Shown in pieces: positions 30,565 through 42,945 of a DNA stretch of 64,000 bases. Within the stretch, counting starts at the first letter, position 1, and each line of letters begins with the position of its first letter. Made by a program: the position numbers and the translations under genes. The stretch is from Clostridia bacterium (lineage in GTDB: Bacteria > Bacillota > Clostridia > TANB77 > CAG-508): contig JBKUYM010000005.1 of NCBI GenBank assembly GCA_046964515.1, positions 24,021 through 88,020 on the forward strand, in the 5' to 3' direction. Under the pieces are notes generated by a model. The model ran no database searches. It was not told the DNA's origin and was given only the letters and a program-made list of their open reading frames with translations.

Positions 30565-30971
30565 TTTTCTTCTCCTTTGTTTATTTTTTAGTATTATTTA
30601 CCATTTTCATAAAAATATACTGTACCTTTCATCCTTTATCTGTTTTATATTTCCATTTACTGTATTTTAGGCAAATTATACTCATATATGCTATAAGCAT
30701 AATTATATTTATGCTTTTAACTTTTGTCAATGGCTTTTTTAATTATTTATATTTCTTTTAATATTTTTTATTTTTTCACATACTCGAAGAAAAAAATTAT
30801 ACAATTGTATAGGATTTAATAATTAAACTTAAATGTTCACTGTTTTTCTATTCCAGTAATTTTTCCAAAAAAGGTTCCTATTTTCTTTTTTTTGGCATAT
30901 AATGTTCATATCTAATAGAGGATATGATTATATTCTCTATTATCCATTATATAAAGCGAGGTGCTTTTAAA

Positions 30972-31985
30972 ATGAAAACTTATAAATTAGCCGTAGTTGG
31001 TGCTACGGGTGTTGTTGGAAGAACAGTTCTAAAAGTATTGGAAGAAAAAAAACTTCCTATTTCAGAATATGTTCTTTTTGCTTCTAGCAAATCTGCTGGA
31101 AAGAAAATTTCCTTTATGGGAAAGGAATATATTGTACAAGAATTAAATGCCCATTCTTTTGATGCTGGATTTGATTTTGCCATTTTTTCTGCTGGCGGTG
31201 AAACTTCTAAAGTCTATTCCCCTATTGCTGCTTCCAAAGGATGTGTTGTAGTTGATAACAGTAGTGCTTTTCGTATGGATGAACAAGTTCCTTTAGTTGT
31301 TCCTGAGGTAAATCCTGAAGAAATAGCTCATCATCATGGTATTATTGCTAATCCTAATTGTTCTACCATTCAGGCGGTAGTTCCTTTAAAACCTTTAGAG
31401 GATGCTTATCATATTAAAAGAATTGTCTATTCTACATACCAAGCCGTATCAGGTGCTGGTTCCAAAGGAATTGCTGATTTAGAAAATGGCATCATTCATA
31501 GAGAAGAAAAAGAAAATACTAGTTATCTTCAGAAGTTCCCTTATCCTATCTTTAGTAATTGTTTGCCTCATATCGATGTATTTTTAGATAATGGTTATAC
31601 CAAAGAAGAAGAAAAAATGGTAAATGAAACTAGAAAAATATTAAAAAGACCAGATTTACGTATCACTGCCACCGCCGTTAGGGTTCCAGTCTTTAACTCC
31701 CATAGTGAATCTATTAATATAGAATTTGAAAAAGATTTTACCATTGAAGAAGTAAAAGACTTATTAAGGCGTAGTCCTGGTGTGGTTTTACAAGATAATC
31801 CTGCTTATAACCTTTATCCACTTGCTAGCTACGCTACTGGTTTTGATGAAGTATTTGTAGGAAGAATTAGAAAAGATGAAAGTGTTTCTTTTGGTTTGAA
31901 TTTATGGGTAGTTGCAGATAACATCCGAAAAGGTGCTGCTTCTAATGCTATACAAATTGTAGAAAAATTAATAGAAAACACTTAA
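30972..31985 (+). CDS. asd: Aspartate-semialdehyde dehydrogenase.
   Basis: [16 protein letters not shown] Rossmann motif, active-site Cys region [20 protein letters not shown]. Start at the internal Met of the ORF-track ORF. Confidence 0.9.
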   Translation: MKTYKLAVVGATGVVGRTVLKVLEEKKLPISEYVLFASSKSAGKKISFMGKEYIVQELNAHSFDAGFDFAIFSAGGETSKVYSPIAASKGCVVVDNSSAFRMDEQVPLVVPEVNPEEIAHHHGIIANPNCSTIQAVVPLKPLEDAYHIKRIVYSTYQAVSGAGSKGIADLENGIIHREEKENTSYLQKFPYPIFSNCLPHIDVFLDNGYTKEEEKMVNETRKILKRPDLRITATAVRVPVFNSHSESINIEFEKDFTIEEVKDLLRRSPGVVLQDNPAYNLYPLASYATGFDEVFVGRIRKDESVSFGLNLWVVADNIRKGAASNAIQIVEKLIENT

Positions 31986-32092
31986 ATTGTATAAAACTAT
32001 TTCCTTTTACTTATCTTTATTTTATAATTAGGTTTATAGAAACTATAATTATATCTTCTATAAAACATTGCCTTTTAGAAAGAAGGATTTTT

Positions 32093-32968
32093 ATGAAAAA
32101 AATATTATTTAAAGGATGTGGTACTGCTATCGCCACTCCATTTACAAAAGATGGCATTCATTTTGAAGAATTAAAAAGATTATTAGAATTTCAAATTGCA
32201 GAAGGTGTAGATGCTATTATTGTTTGTGGCACTACTGGTGAGAGTTCTACTATGACACAGCAAGAACGAAAAGATACCATTGCTTTTACAGTCAATACAG
32301 TTGCTGGAAGAGTTCCTGTTATTGCTGGTACTGGTGGTAATAATACCAAAACCGCTATAGAGATGTCTCAATACGCAGAATCTGTTGGTGTAGATGGCTT
32401 ATTGGTGGTTACACCTTATTATAACAAAACTACACAAGCTGGATTAATTGCACATTATACAGCCATTGCTACTAGCGTTTCTATTCCTATAATTTTATAC
32501 AACGTCCCTAGTAGAACGGGTGTCAATATTTTACCAGAAACTTGTCTTGCTTTATCCAAAATAGAGAATATTGTAGCAATTAAAGAAGCCTCTGGAAACA
32601 TTTCTCAAGTTGCTAAAACGGCTTCTCTATGTGGCGATTCTTTATCTATTTACTCTGGAAATGATGATCAGGTAATTCCTATTTTATCACTTGGTGGTTT
32701 AGGTGTTATTTCTGTATTAGCCAATATAGAGCCACATTTTACACATCAAATGGTAATGGATTTCTTACAAGGAGATATCCAAAAAGCAAAAGACGCTCAA
32801 TTAAAATGCTTACCTCTTGTAGAAGCTTTGTTTTGCGAAGTAAATCCTATTCCTGTAAAACAGGCTCTAAATTACAAAGGTTATGATTTTGGCATTCCTC
32901 GTTTACCTCTTGTAGAAATGTCTGCTAGTGGTAAAGAAAAATTAGAAAAAGCGATGAAAGCATTTTAA
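32093..32968 (+). CDS. dapA: 4-hydroxy-tetrahydrodipicolinate synthase (DapA).
   Basis: [15 protein letters not shown] and the catalytic Lys region AIKEASG. 291 aa. Confidence 0.9.
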   Translation: MKKILFKGCGTAIATPFTKDGIHFEELKRLLEFQIAEGVDAIIVCGTTGESSTMTQQERKDTIAFTVNTVAGRVPVIAGTGGNNTKTAIEMSQYAESVGVDGLLVVTPYYNKTTQAGLIAHYTAIATSVSIPIILYNVPSRTGVNILPETCLALSKIENIVAIKEASGNISQVAKTASLCGDSLSIYSGNDDQVIPILSLGGLGVISVLANIEPHFTHQMVMDFLQGDIQKAKDAQLKCLPLVEALFCEVNPIPVKQALNYKGYDFGIPRLPLVEMSASGKEKLEKAMKAF

Positions 32969-33181
32969 TTATTTTTTATCATACACCTCGTTTAGTAAAA
33001 CTATACTCTAAATGCAGGTGTATTTTTATAGTTATACGAATTAAAAAATCTACCTAATACGATATAAAAGATACTCCTCCTATCTCTATTAAAATTTTCT
33101 TAATACACTTTTCTTTTTAGCTACTTTATGCTAAAATAGAAATTAGTAAGAAATTCACTTTCAATTAGGAGAAAAAAGATA

Positions 33182-33736
33182 ATGAATGAATTGTTAATTA
33201 AAACAGAAAACTCACTAGAATTTAAAGATTTTTATGAAATTATAGAAGATATTGCTACTAATGAAACTGTTTTAGAAATGAAAAATTATAAACAGCATTA
33301 TGATACTACTACTTATGAACATTGTATGCATGTCGCTTTTTTAAGTTATAAAATTGCTAAAAGATTACATTTAGATGTTATTTCTCTTGCCAGAGCTAGC
33401 ATGCTTCATGATTTATTTTTATATGATTGGAGAAAAAAGCAAAGACATATAGAATTATCTGGTTTACATGCTTTTGTACATCCCAAAATTGCTTTAAAGA
33501 ATGCTTCTGCTTTATTTACTTTAAACGAAAAAGAAAAAGATATTATTTTAAAACATATGTGGCCTGTAACTTTTGCACTTCCTAAATATAAAGAATCTTT
33601 TGTTATTACTTTCGTAGATAAATATTGTGCTGTGGCCGAATCCGCTAATTATTATATTTCTATATTAAATAAGAAAAAAATTTATCGTTATGCTTATGTT
33701 TTTTTATGCCTTTTAGGTTCTTTTGCTGTTGTATAA
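33182..33736 (+). CDS. HD-domain phosphohydrolase.
   Basis: H...HD motif YEHCMHVA ... SMLHDLF. Confidence 0.6.
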   Translation: MNELLIKTENSLEFKDFYEIIEDIATNETVLEMKNYKQHYDTTTYEHCMHVAFLSYKIAKRLHLDVISLARASMLHDLFLYDWRKKQRHIELSGLHAFVHPKIALKNASALFTLNEKEKDIILKHMWPVTFALPKYKESFVITFVDKYCAVAESANYYISILNKKKIYRYAYVFLCLLGSFAVV

Positions 33737-33812
33737 TAAAACTTTTTTACAATAAAGTATTTAAAAAGCGAATACTTTATTGTTTTTTTATAAATCAGAA
33801 AGGATGATGTTA

Positions 33813-34562
33813 ATGATACAGGTATTTGTAAATGGTTGTAATGGAAAAATGGGACAAGAATTAATTAGTCAAATGGATGCCTATGAAGATTTTATATTAA
33901 CAGGAGGCTTTGACCAAGAAAATACAGGAAAGTTTTCATTTCCTGTATATACTTCTTTTGAAAACATTGTGGATTTACCAGATATCATTATTGACTTCTC
34001 AGTTCCACTTGCTACTTTAAATCTGCTTTCTTTTGCTTCTTCTAAGAAAATTCCTGTTGTTATTGCTACAACTGGCTTTTCTAAAGAGCAAGAAAATCAA
34101 ATTCAAGAATATGCTAAGCAAATTCCTATTTTTAAATCTTCTAATATGTCTTTTGATATTTTTTTAATGACAAAACTATTGAAAATTGCTGCTAAAGCTT
34201 TAGAAAATACGGATATTGAAATTATAGAAGCTCATCATAATCGTAAAATTGATGCTCCTAGTGGAACTGCTTTAATGCTAGCCGATACTATTAATGAAGC
34301 ACTAGACCATCGTTATACCTATGATTTAAATCGTTTGCAAAAACGAGAAAAACGTTCTAAAACAGAAATTGGTTTTTCTTCTATTCGTGGTGGTAATATT
34401 GTAGGTGAACATAGTGTACAATTTATTGGTCAGAACGAAACTTTTGAAATTACGCATAAAGCATATTCTAGACGAGTATTTGCAGATGGGGCCCTAAAAG
34501 CTGCTTGCTTTTTAATAAAACAACCTGTTGGTTTGTATTCCATGGAAGATTTAATACATTAA
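33813..34562 (+). CDS. dapB: 4-hydroxy-tetrahydrodipicolinate reductase (DapB). Start at MIQVFVNG.
   Basis: VNGCNGKMG dinucleotide motif, EAHHNRKIDAPSGTA signature. RBS AGAAAGGATGA. Confidence 0.9.
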   Translation: MIQVFVNGCNGKMGQELISQMDAYEDFILTGGFDQENTGKFSFPVYTSFENIVDLPDIIIDFSVPLATLNLLSFASSKKIPVVIATTGFSKEQENQIQEYAKQIPIFKSSNMSFDIFLMTKLLKIAAKALENTDIEIIEAHHNRKIDAPSGTALMLADTINEALDHRYTYDLNRLQKREKRSKTEIGFSSIRGGNIVGEHSVQFIGQNETFEITHKAYSRRVFADGALKAACFLIKQPVGLYSMEDLIH

Positions 34563-34626
34563 AAAATAGAAAGAAGTACTTATCTTTTATTGATAAATAC
34601 TTCTTTTATTATTTGTTTCATAATGT

Positions 34627-35016
34627 CTAGAAAACATTTTTTATTTGTAGCGAAAATTTATCTTTTATATGCTTTAATATAAAAATACAAGTGTCTAATT
34701 CTGGTACACCCTGTGTGTATTCTTCTACTTCAATGTTGGCTTTTAATGCTGTTAATTGTGTCTCTACTTTTTCTAATTCATCATGTTCTATAAAATAAGC
34801 TAGTTTTTGATATCTCTCTTCCCACTGTTCCATAATCTGTTCTATCTTTTTTTGTACAACTTCTTTCTCCACTTCTTCTTGTACAATATTTTCTCTTAAA
34901 TCCATCAAACTATTATCTATATAACTAACTACTTCTTTTGTATAATTCTGTGTGAAAATATTTAAACTAACAATGATGATTATGATAATCATACTAATTA
35001 TAAATTCTTTATTCAT
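34627..35016 (-). CDS. DUF4363-like small membrane-anchored protein.
   Basis: N-terminal TM then a coiled region. Conserved partner position downstream of a DUF421 gene. Confidence 0.45.
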   Translation of the reverse strand: MNKEFIISMIIIIIIVSLNIFTQNYTKEVVSYIDNSLMDLRENIVQEEVEKEVVQKKIEQIMEQWEERYQKLAYFIEHDELEKVETQLTALKANIEVEEYTQGVPELDTCIFILKHIKDKFSLQIKNVF

Positions 35017-35027
35017 ATTGCCATCCT

Positions 35028-35717
35028 TTACTTTTTCTTATTTTCTTTTTTCATTTTTGCTTGGCAAAAGAAATTTCCTTTTCCGTCAATAGTTACTAGT
35101 AAAGCTTCTTCTGGTTTTATAGCAAAAGCACTAACTTCTTTTTCTAACCAATGGTAATCTTTTTGCAATTTTTCTAAATTTTGCTTCATAACTTTTCCAT
35201 CAACTACCAAATCATAGGAAATACCTTCATATTCTGGCATAATATTAAAATCTTCTGGAATAGTAGTTCTCTTGTTTGGTTTTTGAATTACTGTAATTTG
35301 TCCACTTGTTTCTAAAATCGCATATTCTACATCACCAATATTACTAACATTATTTCCCCTTAGTCTTTCTTCTAATTCATTAATGGTAAATCTCTCTTTC
35401 TTCATTTTTTGCTCATCAATTTTTCCTCTATATATTAGAATAGAAGGTTTTCCGCAAATCAATTCTCTTATTTTTAAGCTTTTTAAATTCATCATAGAAA
35501 TAATTAAATGCATAACTAATAGTCCTAAAATAGGAATAATACCATTTGAAATAGGAATGCCTGGTTCTGCCATTGGAATGGTCGCCAAATCCGCAATCAT
35601 AATAGAAATCGCTAGTTCAAATGGTTGCAACTGCCCTATTTCTCGTTTTCCCATAAAACGCATAACTATTAAAACAACTATGTATAAAAAAATAGTTCTC
35701 AAAAAAGTTAATAACAT
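35028..35717 (-). CDS. DUF421 (YetF-like) membrane protein.
   Basis: N-terminal three TM helices plus a C-terminal YetF-like soluble domain (FTINELEERLRGNNVSNIGDVEYAILETSGQITV). Confidence 0.55.
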   Translation of the reverse strand: MLLTFLRTIFLYIVVLIVMRFMGKREIGQLQPFELAISIMIADLATIPMAEPGIPISNGIIPILGLLVMHLIISMMNLKSLKIRELICGKPSILIYRGKIDEQKMKKERFTINELEERLRGNNVSNIGDVEYAILETSGQITVIQKPNKRTTIPEDFNIMPEYEGISYDLVVDGKVMKQNLEKLQKDYHWLEKEVSAFAIKPEEALLVTIDGKGNFFCQAKMKKENKKK

Positions 35718-35890
35718 AAAAAATCCTCCTTAAAACAAATCTTACTTTGTTTCTTTCTGTTTATTTTTAACATTTTCTTAGAAACTATTCATTTTTTGAA
35801 TATTTTTATTTTTTTTGTTCATACTAACACTATAAAACCATGTAAATTAGCAAAATATTTGCAAATTTCAATTTAAGGAGGTTTTTCATT

Positions 35891-36268
35891 ATGTCAGAAA
35901 ATCAAGCGCATAGTCAATCCAAAAATGGTACCAGTACCATTTGGCAAATAATCGGAAGACTTGTAACAGCTGCCATTGTCCTTGCTATTACTGCATTTTT
36001 TACACCTGGATTTCAAATTAATAATATTTGGACATTGATTGCTGCAGCTGTTGTTCTTACTGTAATAGATTATTTAATCGTAAAATTCACAGGACTTCAT
36101 GCTAGTTCTTTCGGTAAAGGATTTGTAGGTTTTGTCCTTTCTGCTATTGTCTTATATGTTACTCAATATTTCGTAGCAGGATATACCATATCTTGGATGG
36201 CTGCTATCATAGGTGCTCTTATCTATGGTGTAGTTGACTACTTTTTACCTGGCGAACAACAAATGTAA
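35891..36268 (+). CDS. Small four-TM membrane protein, holin-like (PF04020/YvlD-like), putative.
   Basis: 125 aa, four hydrophobic helices. Hairpin terminator at 36266-36290. Confidence 0.45.
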   Translation: MSENQAHSQSKNGTSTIWQIIGRLVTAAIVLAITAFFTPGFQINNIWTLIAAAVVLTVIDYLIVKFTGLHASSFGKGFVGFVLSAIVLYVTQYFVAGYTISWMAAIIGALIYGVVDYFLPGEQQM

Positions 36269-36404
36269 TTTTTTAATTACATTTCGCCTTTTGTAATTTA
36301 ACTTTTTTATAAATAATTTTTAAAGAAAAAAATACCGCTACTTCTTTTTGAAATAGCGATATTTTTTATAAATTGTTTTATATATAACAAAATATTTGTT
36401 TAAT

Positions 36405-36456
36405 CAGTGTCCCTAATGGACAAAAGTGTCCATCAATCAACGTCCCCGATGGACAT
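36405..36456. repeat. Dispersed palindromic intergenic repeat, copy 4, which supplies the last 7 codons and stop of the 36433..37696 gene.
   Basis: Reverse complement ATGTCCATCGGGGACGTTGATTGATGGACACTTTTGTCCATTAGGGACACTG. The central 4-nt spacer is inverted (CTTT versus AAAG) relative to copy 3. Confidence 0.85.
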
Positions 36457-37696
36457 TTTATGGTTCCAATATTGTTCATATAATTTAGTGGCTGTTTGTG
36501 GACTATCCACTCCTGTTGCATTTTTTACAGGTGCAAAATCTTCTTCCCTTTTTCCTCTCATAATGGTCATATCATCAAAGAAGTTAAAACCATCAAAGAT
36601 AAATTCTTCAAATTTATAAGCATTTTCTTCTTTCGGTTCTATGTATTTTCCGTCTTCATAATGACTAATCTTTTTTAAAGCTTTATGATATGGCAATTTT
36701 TGTTTTGCTATTTTAACAATAGCATCTAGATTATATAAATTGCACAAAATATGTGATTCTCCAAAAACTAATTCTCCCTTTTCATCTCTCATTTGTGCCA
36801 TATCTTCTGGCAATTCTGAATATTCTATAACAGATGGTTTCCCATTTCTTTTGCAAAAAGCACCTACTCTTTCTTTTGCACTATTTTTTACAATAGATTT
36901 AGAAGCTATTTCATTATTTTGAGAAATGGTTAGTCCTAATAGTATAGGTTCTACCATTTGTAATAACACATTATCTACAGAACAAATATATACCCATTCA
37001 ATTTGCTTTTTTCTCATGTCTTCAATGATTCCTTCTTTTTCCATAGCACGATATATACTACCATTTCCATCAGAAGCTTGTTTAATAAATCCATTCTCAT
37101 CTAATAGTAATTTTCCTTTTGTATCCATTAATGGCATTTCTCCTTGTATAAAGAAATGAACTGCTTCTTTTGGATAGCCAAAATATTGTTTATCTTTTAA
37201 AAAGTCTACTGTTTGTTTATGGTTTTCTTTACTGGTCATAATATACCATGGTAGGATAATGCCATATTTTTGATTGTTTCTTTTTAAAGTTTCTACTAAT
37301 ATTTCAAAAAGGTATTTGGGTTTTGGTGAAATTGGCATTAGAAAAGTACCTTTTGGACCTTCATGTCCGAAGTCTGCTTCCTTGTCCTCCTGCCATAGTT
37401 ACAACTGCATATTTTCCTTGTTTGATAATTTCCTCGCCTATACTTTGGTAGTTTTTCTTTTCTTCCTCTTTTAATTGGTTCCCATCTACATAAGCGATAT
37501 TTTCTATTTCTTCATCCTTCATTTCTGATATATTTTGGGTTTGTTCATATAATTGCTGTAATTGTTCAAAATCAATTGATAAAATTTGCTTTACCAACGC
37601 TTCTTTATTTTCATTTATTTCTAATGTTTCTAATAGTTTATCTTGCTTATATTTCTGTAAAAGCAATTTTGCTTTTTCATATGCTTGTATATCCAT
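36433..37696 (-). CDS. UDP-sugar (UDP-N-acetylglucosamine) pyrophosphorylase, UAP1/UDPGP family, interrupted by a +1 frameshift near 37369. ORF-track fragments are 37361..37696 and 36433..37338.
   Basis: N-terminal fragment ends MAGGQGSRLRT*. Deleting one C of CTT CGG ACA gives MAGGQGSRLGHEGPKGTFLMPISPKPKY..., which carries the family nucleotide-binding signature and runs into the C-terminal fragment. Confidence 0.7.
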
Positions 37697-37788
37697 TTGT
37701 TTTTTCTCCTTACGCTTTTATTTTTTATGTTCTTTATTCTATCATATGCCAAAAAATAGTGCAAGTTCCTCTTCCCTGCACTATTTTT

Positions 37789-39523
37789 CTATACTTTTAA
37801 TGCTTGTTTTTGATAATACATTTCATAATAATTTTGTTTCTTTTCTAATAATTCTTCATGTGTGCCTTGTTCTATAATACATCTATCTTTCAAATACATA
37901 ATTTGATCTGCATTTCTTATTGTATTTAATCTATGAGCAATTATAATAGCAAATTTTCCCTTTAACATTTCTTCCATTGCTTCCATTACTTGATTTTCAA
38001 ATTCTAAGTCTAAATTAGAAGTTACTTCATCTAATAAAATAATATCTGCTTTTTTTAAAATAGCTCTTGCAAAATTTAATAGCTGTTTTTCTCCATAAGA
38101 TAAAATATCTGATTTTGCATTAATAACCGTTTCATATCCTTTTTCTAATAATGTAATTTTTTTATCTAGTCCCAGTTTTTTACAGACTGTTATAATTTCT
38201 TCTGTTGCTATATCCTCTTTGTTTCCATACCTAATATTTTCTATAATAGACATTTCAAATATAACCGGATCTTGAAACACATAAGCAATATTTTTTCTTA
38301 ATTCTTTTAAGTCATATTGTCTAATATCTACACCATTTATTTTTATTGTTCCCTCGCATATATCATAGAATCTCGGTATTAAATTGATTAAAGATGTTTT
38401 ACCAGCTCCACTTTTCCCTACTAATGCTATTCTCATAGGATGATTTATTTTTAAATTTAAACCTTCTAATATTTTATTTTTTTTATCATATGTTAGACCA
38501 ACCTGCTGGAATTCTATATTTTCTATCTTTTCTAAAGTTAATTTTCCCTCTTCTTTTTCTATTGGTATTTCCAACAAATCAAATATATTACAAAAACATT
38601 GTGCTCGATAATTCATTAGATGAATATGTTCTAACAGCGTTTCTACATGTTTTTTCATATCATCAATGTAATCTATCATTAACATGATAGTCGCAGCACT
38701 CATCATTCCAAACTGCATAGAAATACCACCCAAGTAGATTGTTATTATAGTAGCTGTAAAAGAAAGTATAGAAAATAAAGTATTATGTAATACTATAATA
38801 CGGTTTGATTTTAATAATTCTTTTTTACTTTCTTCTAAAATTTTTTGAATTTGTTTTACATTTGTTTTTTCTAATCGTAATGTTTTTGTAGTAGCATAAC
38901 TATCTATAAATTCATTCATATTTGCTTGTAATTCTATCATAATTTCTTGAATTTTTCTTGAAATTCTTTTATTTTTTCTAAATAATGGACTAACAATACC
39001 ATATGAAAATAAATAAATAGTAACAATTACAATCCCTAATTGAAAGTTTAAGAGGCATAGAATAATAGAAATAACTATAAGTGTTAGCAATCTTACACTA
39101 GTTGCTCCAACCATGTTCCATGCAAATAATCTCGAAGATTCATATGTTTGTGTGGTTATAATTTCTATCATATCTCCTATTTGTCTTTTTTCTATTTGAT
39201 TTAATTGAACCTTTTGTAATTTAGAAAATACCTTTTCCTTTAAATTTCGATCAATTTTATATATAGTTATTTTTCTTTTTCTTTCTGTACATCTACAGAA
39301 TATCATTCTTCCTATAATTAATAAAATTAAAAGTCCAGACAAAATCATTACATTATTTAAATTGTTTTGTGGTATTTCTACATCAATGACTCGTTGTGCT
39401 ATAAAAGGATAGGATAGATAAATATAAATTGTTTGAATAGCAATTCCTATAAATATTTCTATTATATCTTTGTGATTTCCGTGTTAGTTGATACATTTGT
39501 TTTAAAGTTTTATTCTTAGACAT
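37789..39523 (-). CDS. ABC exporter (fused TMD-NBD), second gene of a tandem heterodimeric pair, interrupted by a +1 frameshift near 39481 in codon 15.
   Basis: ATG at 39521-39523 overlaps the stop of the upstream ABC gene by 8 nt. MSKNKTLKQMYQLT then CGG. Deleting one C gives ...QLTGNHKDIIEIFIGIAIQTIYIYL...MILSGLLILLII, continuous with the ORF-track ORF. Walker A GKSGAGKTS, signature LSYGEKQ, Walker B ILLDE. Confidence 0.8.
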
Positions 39524-41354
39524 ATTCTTCTCCTAATTGATTTTGATTTAATTCATATATTTTCTTATAACTTTCATTTTGTAATAATTGACTATGTGTA
39601 CCACTGATTGCTTTTCCTTCGTGCAAATAGATAATTTTGTCAAACTTATCTACCCATTGCATATCATGTCCTATTAAAATGATAGTAAAATCTTTTTTTA
39701 AGTCTAACACATGTTGTATAATATTTCTTTTGTTTCTAGCATCTATAGCACTAAAAGAATCGTCCAAAATCATAACTGGTTTTCTCTTTCCAAAAGCTCT
39801 TGTTAGTAATAGTCTTTGTTTTTGTCCTTTGGATAAAGCAATTCCTTTTCTACCTACATAACTATTGTATCCATCTTTTAAATGATTAATATCTTGATGT
39901 AATTCAAAGAATTTAGCCAAATGCATCATTTCTTGATCTGGCATATATGGATTTAATATTTTAATATTTTCAGCAATGGTTTTAGAAAATAAGTAAGAAT
40001 CCTGTAAAAGTAAACATATTACTTCTCGAATTTCTTTTTTGTTCAATTCTCTTAATTCATAACCTCCTATGGTTATACTTCCAGTGTAAGGATAAAATCC
40101 AATTAATGTCTTAAATAGAATGCTTTTTCCACTTCCTGTTGCTCCCATAATAATCACACGTTCATATTCTTTAATTTCTATATTTAAATCTCTTAATATA
40201 CAATTTCCATTTATCCATATACAAGCATCTTTAAAAATAATATCTACATGTGCTATCTTTCTATTACTTATTTTTTCTTCTTCTACGGTTAATTCCATAA
40301 TTTGTTTTAACCTTTTATAAGAGACCATAAATTCATTAAAAGCATTTAGTATCTCCGATACATCTGTAAATGCTTTTGTTATACGATTTGAATAACTTAA
40401 TACTACATAAATACTGCCTAAAGTGATTGCTTGTATATAATATAGATAGCCCCCTAACATAAAAATAAAAGGTGCTTGAAGTTTTACAATATTTTCTATT
40501 AACATATTATAATGAGAACTAATTTTAATTCTCTCTTCATTTATCTTCGTATAGGCATCTACTGCTTTTTTCCACTTTTCTTCTTCTTTTTCTTCTAAAT
40601 TATTGACTTTTATAAATTTCATATTTGTAAAATTATTATCTAATCTGCTATACAATTCATTTTGTATAAGAATCTCTTTCTGCAAGGTAGGTCTCACTTT
40701 TTGGTAATAACGATAAGATAAATAGATAATCATAATAGAAGATACTAACATAATAACGGATAAACGTATATCTAAATTAGATAATTGGACAATAGCAAAT
40801 ATAATTGTTAGACTAATATCAATAAAAAAAGTTAACTGTTTATCTATAAAAGTAACTATACGGTTTACATCTCCTGATGCTTTTTGAACTAAATCTGATA
40901 ATGAATTATGATAAAAACTATCATACGTTAAAGATTGGATGAAATTGAACACATTTAATTTCAATGCATATTGAAAAGATTGTATAATTCGATTTTTCAT
41001 CATCTGTTTTATATAATTGGTAGTTAAAATAATCATTTGTATAATAATAAGTGCTATACAAGTAGATATTATAAAGGTAGAACCCTCTCCTTTTATAAAG
41101 TATTCTAACCATATTTTATTACTATTTTGTTTTAAAATATGATCTATAAAATATTGAATTATTAGAGGAATAACGGTTATTAAATAGGTCATTGCTAGAT
41201 TAGCTATCATATAGAGTATTATTTGATATCTACTATTTTTAAAACTTTTTATAATCATTCTTTTTATTTCATTTTTCTTTTTCATTTCTTCTTCCTTTTT
41301 TTGTAACTTAACTTTTTCCTTATCTATTGTACCTATATTTCCATTTTTTAGCAA
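39516..41354 (-). CDS. ABC exporter (fused TMD-NBD), first gene of the tandem pair.
   Basis: Six TM helices, Walker A GATGSGKS, signature LSKGQKQR, Walker B ILDDSFSAID. 612 aa. Confidence 0.85.
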   Translation of the reverse strand: MLKNGNIGTIDKEKVKLQKKEEEMKKKNEIKRMIIKSFKNSRYQIILYMIANLAMTYLITVIPLIIQYFIDHILKQNSNKIWLEYFIKGEGSTFIISTCIALIIIQMIILTTNYIKQMMKNRIIQSFQYALKLNVFNFIQSLTYDSFYHNSLSDLVQKASGDVNRIVTFIDKQLTFFIDISLTIIFAIVQLSNLDIRLSVIMLVSSIMIIYLSYRYYQKVRPTLQKEILIQNELYSRLDNNFTNMKFIKVNNLEEKEEEKWKKAVDAYTKINEERIKISSHYNMLIENIVKLQAPFIFMLGGYLYYIQAITLGSIYVVLSYSNRITKAFTDVSEILNAFNEFMVSYKRLKQIMELTVEEEKISNRKIAHVDIIFKDACIWINGNCILRDLNIEIKEYERVIIMGATGSGKSILFKTLIGFYPYTGSITIGGYELRELNKKEIREVICLLLQDSYLFSKTIAENIKILNPYMPDQEMMHLAKFFELHQDINHLKDGYNSYVGRKGIALSKGQKQRLLLTRAFGKRKPVMILDDSFSAIDARNKRNIIQHVLDLKKDFTIILIGHDMQWVDKFDKIIYLHEGKAISGTHSQLLQNESYKKIYELNQNQLGEEYV

Positions 41355-41463
41355 GTATATTTTTTTTACATATTTTTATTTTTTAGTCATATCTTTTCAT
41401 TTTCCTAATATACATTAAATAAAGTTTATTAGTACAAACATTTTTAAGGAGGTATATATTTTA

Positions 41464-42945
41464 ATGGAAGAGAATTTACAATTGTATCAAGATATAGCAA
41501 AACGTACAGATGGTGATATTTATGTTGGTGTTGTAGGTCCCGTACGAACTGGAAAATCTACATTTATTAAAAGATTTATGGATTTATTGGTTATTCCTAA
41601 TATTGACAATGAATACAAAAGAGAGCGCGCTTTAGATGAACTTCCTCAGAGTGCTTCTGGAAGAACTATTATGACAACAGAACCTAAATTTATTCCCAAT
41701 GAAGCTGTTGAAATTACATTAGGAGATCATATTAAGCTAAAAACTCGTTTAGTAGACTGTGTTGGTTATTTAGTAGATAATGCCATTGGTTATTTAGAAG
41801 ATGATATGCCTAGAATGGTAAAAACACCTTGGTCAGAAGAAGAAATCCCTTTTGAGCAAGCTGCTGAAATTGGAACAAAGAAGGTTATTCAAGAACATTC
41901 CACTATTGGTATTCTCATTACTACAGATGGGTCTATCACAGATATTCCAAGAGAAGATTACATAGAAGCAGAACAAAGAGTTGTTAATGAGTTAAAAGCT
42001 TTAAATAAACCATTTGTTATCGTATTAAATTCTGCTGATGTTACATCTGATTACACTAGAAGTTTAGCCAAAAAGTTAGAAGACAAATACAATGTACCTG
42101 TTATTCCTACTGATTGTTCTACTTTAAATTTAGAAGATATCGATGAAATCTTTGGAAAAATTCTTTATGAATTTCCTATTGAGACTATGAACATTCATTT
42201 TCCACATTGGGTAGATGGATTATCTGATGACCACTGGTTGAAAAAAGAGCTTTATAGTCAAATTAAAGATGCTTTTGCAGATGTTCGTTTATTAAAACAA
42301 ATTGATACAGGAATTTCTAAAATTCAAAAAACAGATATTATTCAAAAGACCATGATCGATGAAATTTTATTGGGTACTGGTAGTGTCAATATTTCTATTG
42401 CTTTAATGGATGATTTATTTTATAAAGTACTAACTGAAATTTCTGGTGTTGAAATTGCTAATGAAGGTGATTTATTTTCCACAATTACCGCTTTTGCACA
42501 AACTAAAAAAGAGTATGATAAAGTAGCTTATGCTTTAGAAGAAGTAAAGGCAAAAGGTTATGGCATTGTAACACCATCTATGGATGAATTAATCTTAGAT
42601 GAACCAGAGATGGTAAAACAAGGTTCTCGTTTTGGTGTAAAATTAAAGGCAAAAGCTCCATCTATTCACATGATTAGAGCAGATATTGAAACGGAAGTTT
42701 CTCCTATTGTAGGAAGTGAAAAACAATCTGAAGAATTAGTGAATTATTTACTTTCTGAATTTGAATCTGATCCACAAAAAATTTGGGAATCTAATATTTT
42801 TGGAAAAAGCTTACATGAACTTGTTAATGAAGGCTTACAGAATAAATTATGCAGAATGCCAGAAGATGCACAAGCAAAATTGCAAGAAACCTTGGAACGT
42901 ATCGTTAATGAAGGTAGTGGTGGATTAATTTGTATTATTTTATAA
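41464..42945 (+). CDS. spoIVA: Stage IV sporulation protein A (spore coat morphogenetic ATPase).
   Basis: N-terminus DIAKRTDGDIYVGVVGPVRTGKSTFIKRFM...LPQSASGRTIMTTEPKF...VIQEHSTIGILITTDGSITDIPREDY matches SpoIVA closely. 493 aa. Confidence 0.9.
   Translation: MEENLQLYQDIAKRTDGDIYVGVVGPVRTGKSTFIKRFMDLLVIPNIDNEYKRERALDELPQSASGRTIMTTEPKFIPNEAVEITLGDHIKLKTRLVDCVGYLVDNAIGYLEDDMPRMVKTPWSEEEIPFEQAAEIGTKKVIQEHSTIGILITTDGSITDIPREDYIEAEQRVVNELKALNKPFVIVLNSADVTSDYTRSLAKKLEDKYNVPVIPTDCSTLNLEDIDEIFGKILYEFPIETMNIHFPHWVDGLSDDHWLKKELYSQIKDAFADVRLLKQIDTGISKIQKTDIIQKTMIDEILLGTGSVNISIALMDDLFYKVLTEISGVEIANEGDLFSTITAFAQTKKEYDKVAYALEEVKAKGYGIVTPSMDELILDEPEMVKQGSRFGVKLKAKAPSIHMIRADIETEVSPIVGSEKQSEELVNYLLSEFESDPQKIWESNIFGKSLHELVNEGLQNKLCRMPEDAQAKLQETLERIVNEGSGGLICIIL

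Noticed and set aside
30565-30971. Lysine (L-box) riboswitch upstream of asd-dapA.
   Set aside because: The 400-nt region is extremely AT-rich and lacks the conserved GC-rich L-box helices. It is more likely a pair of divergent promoters.
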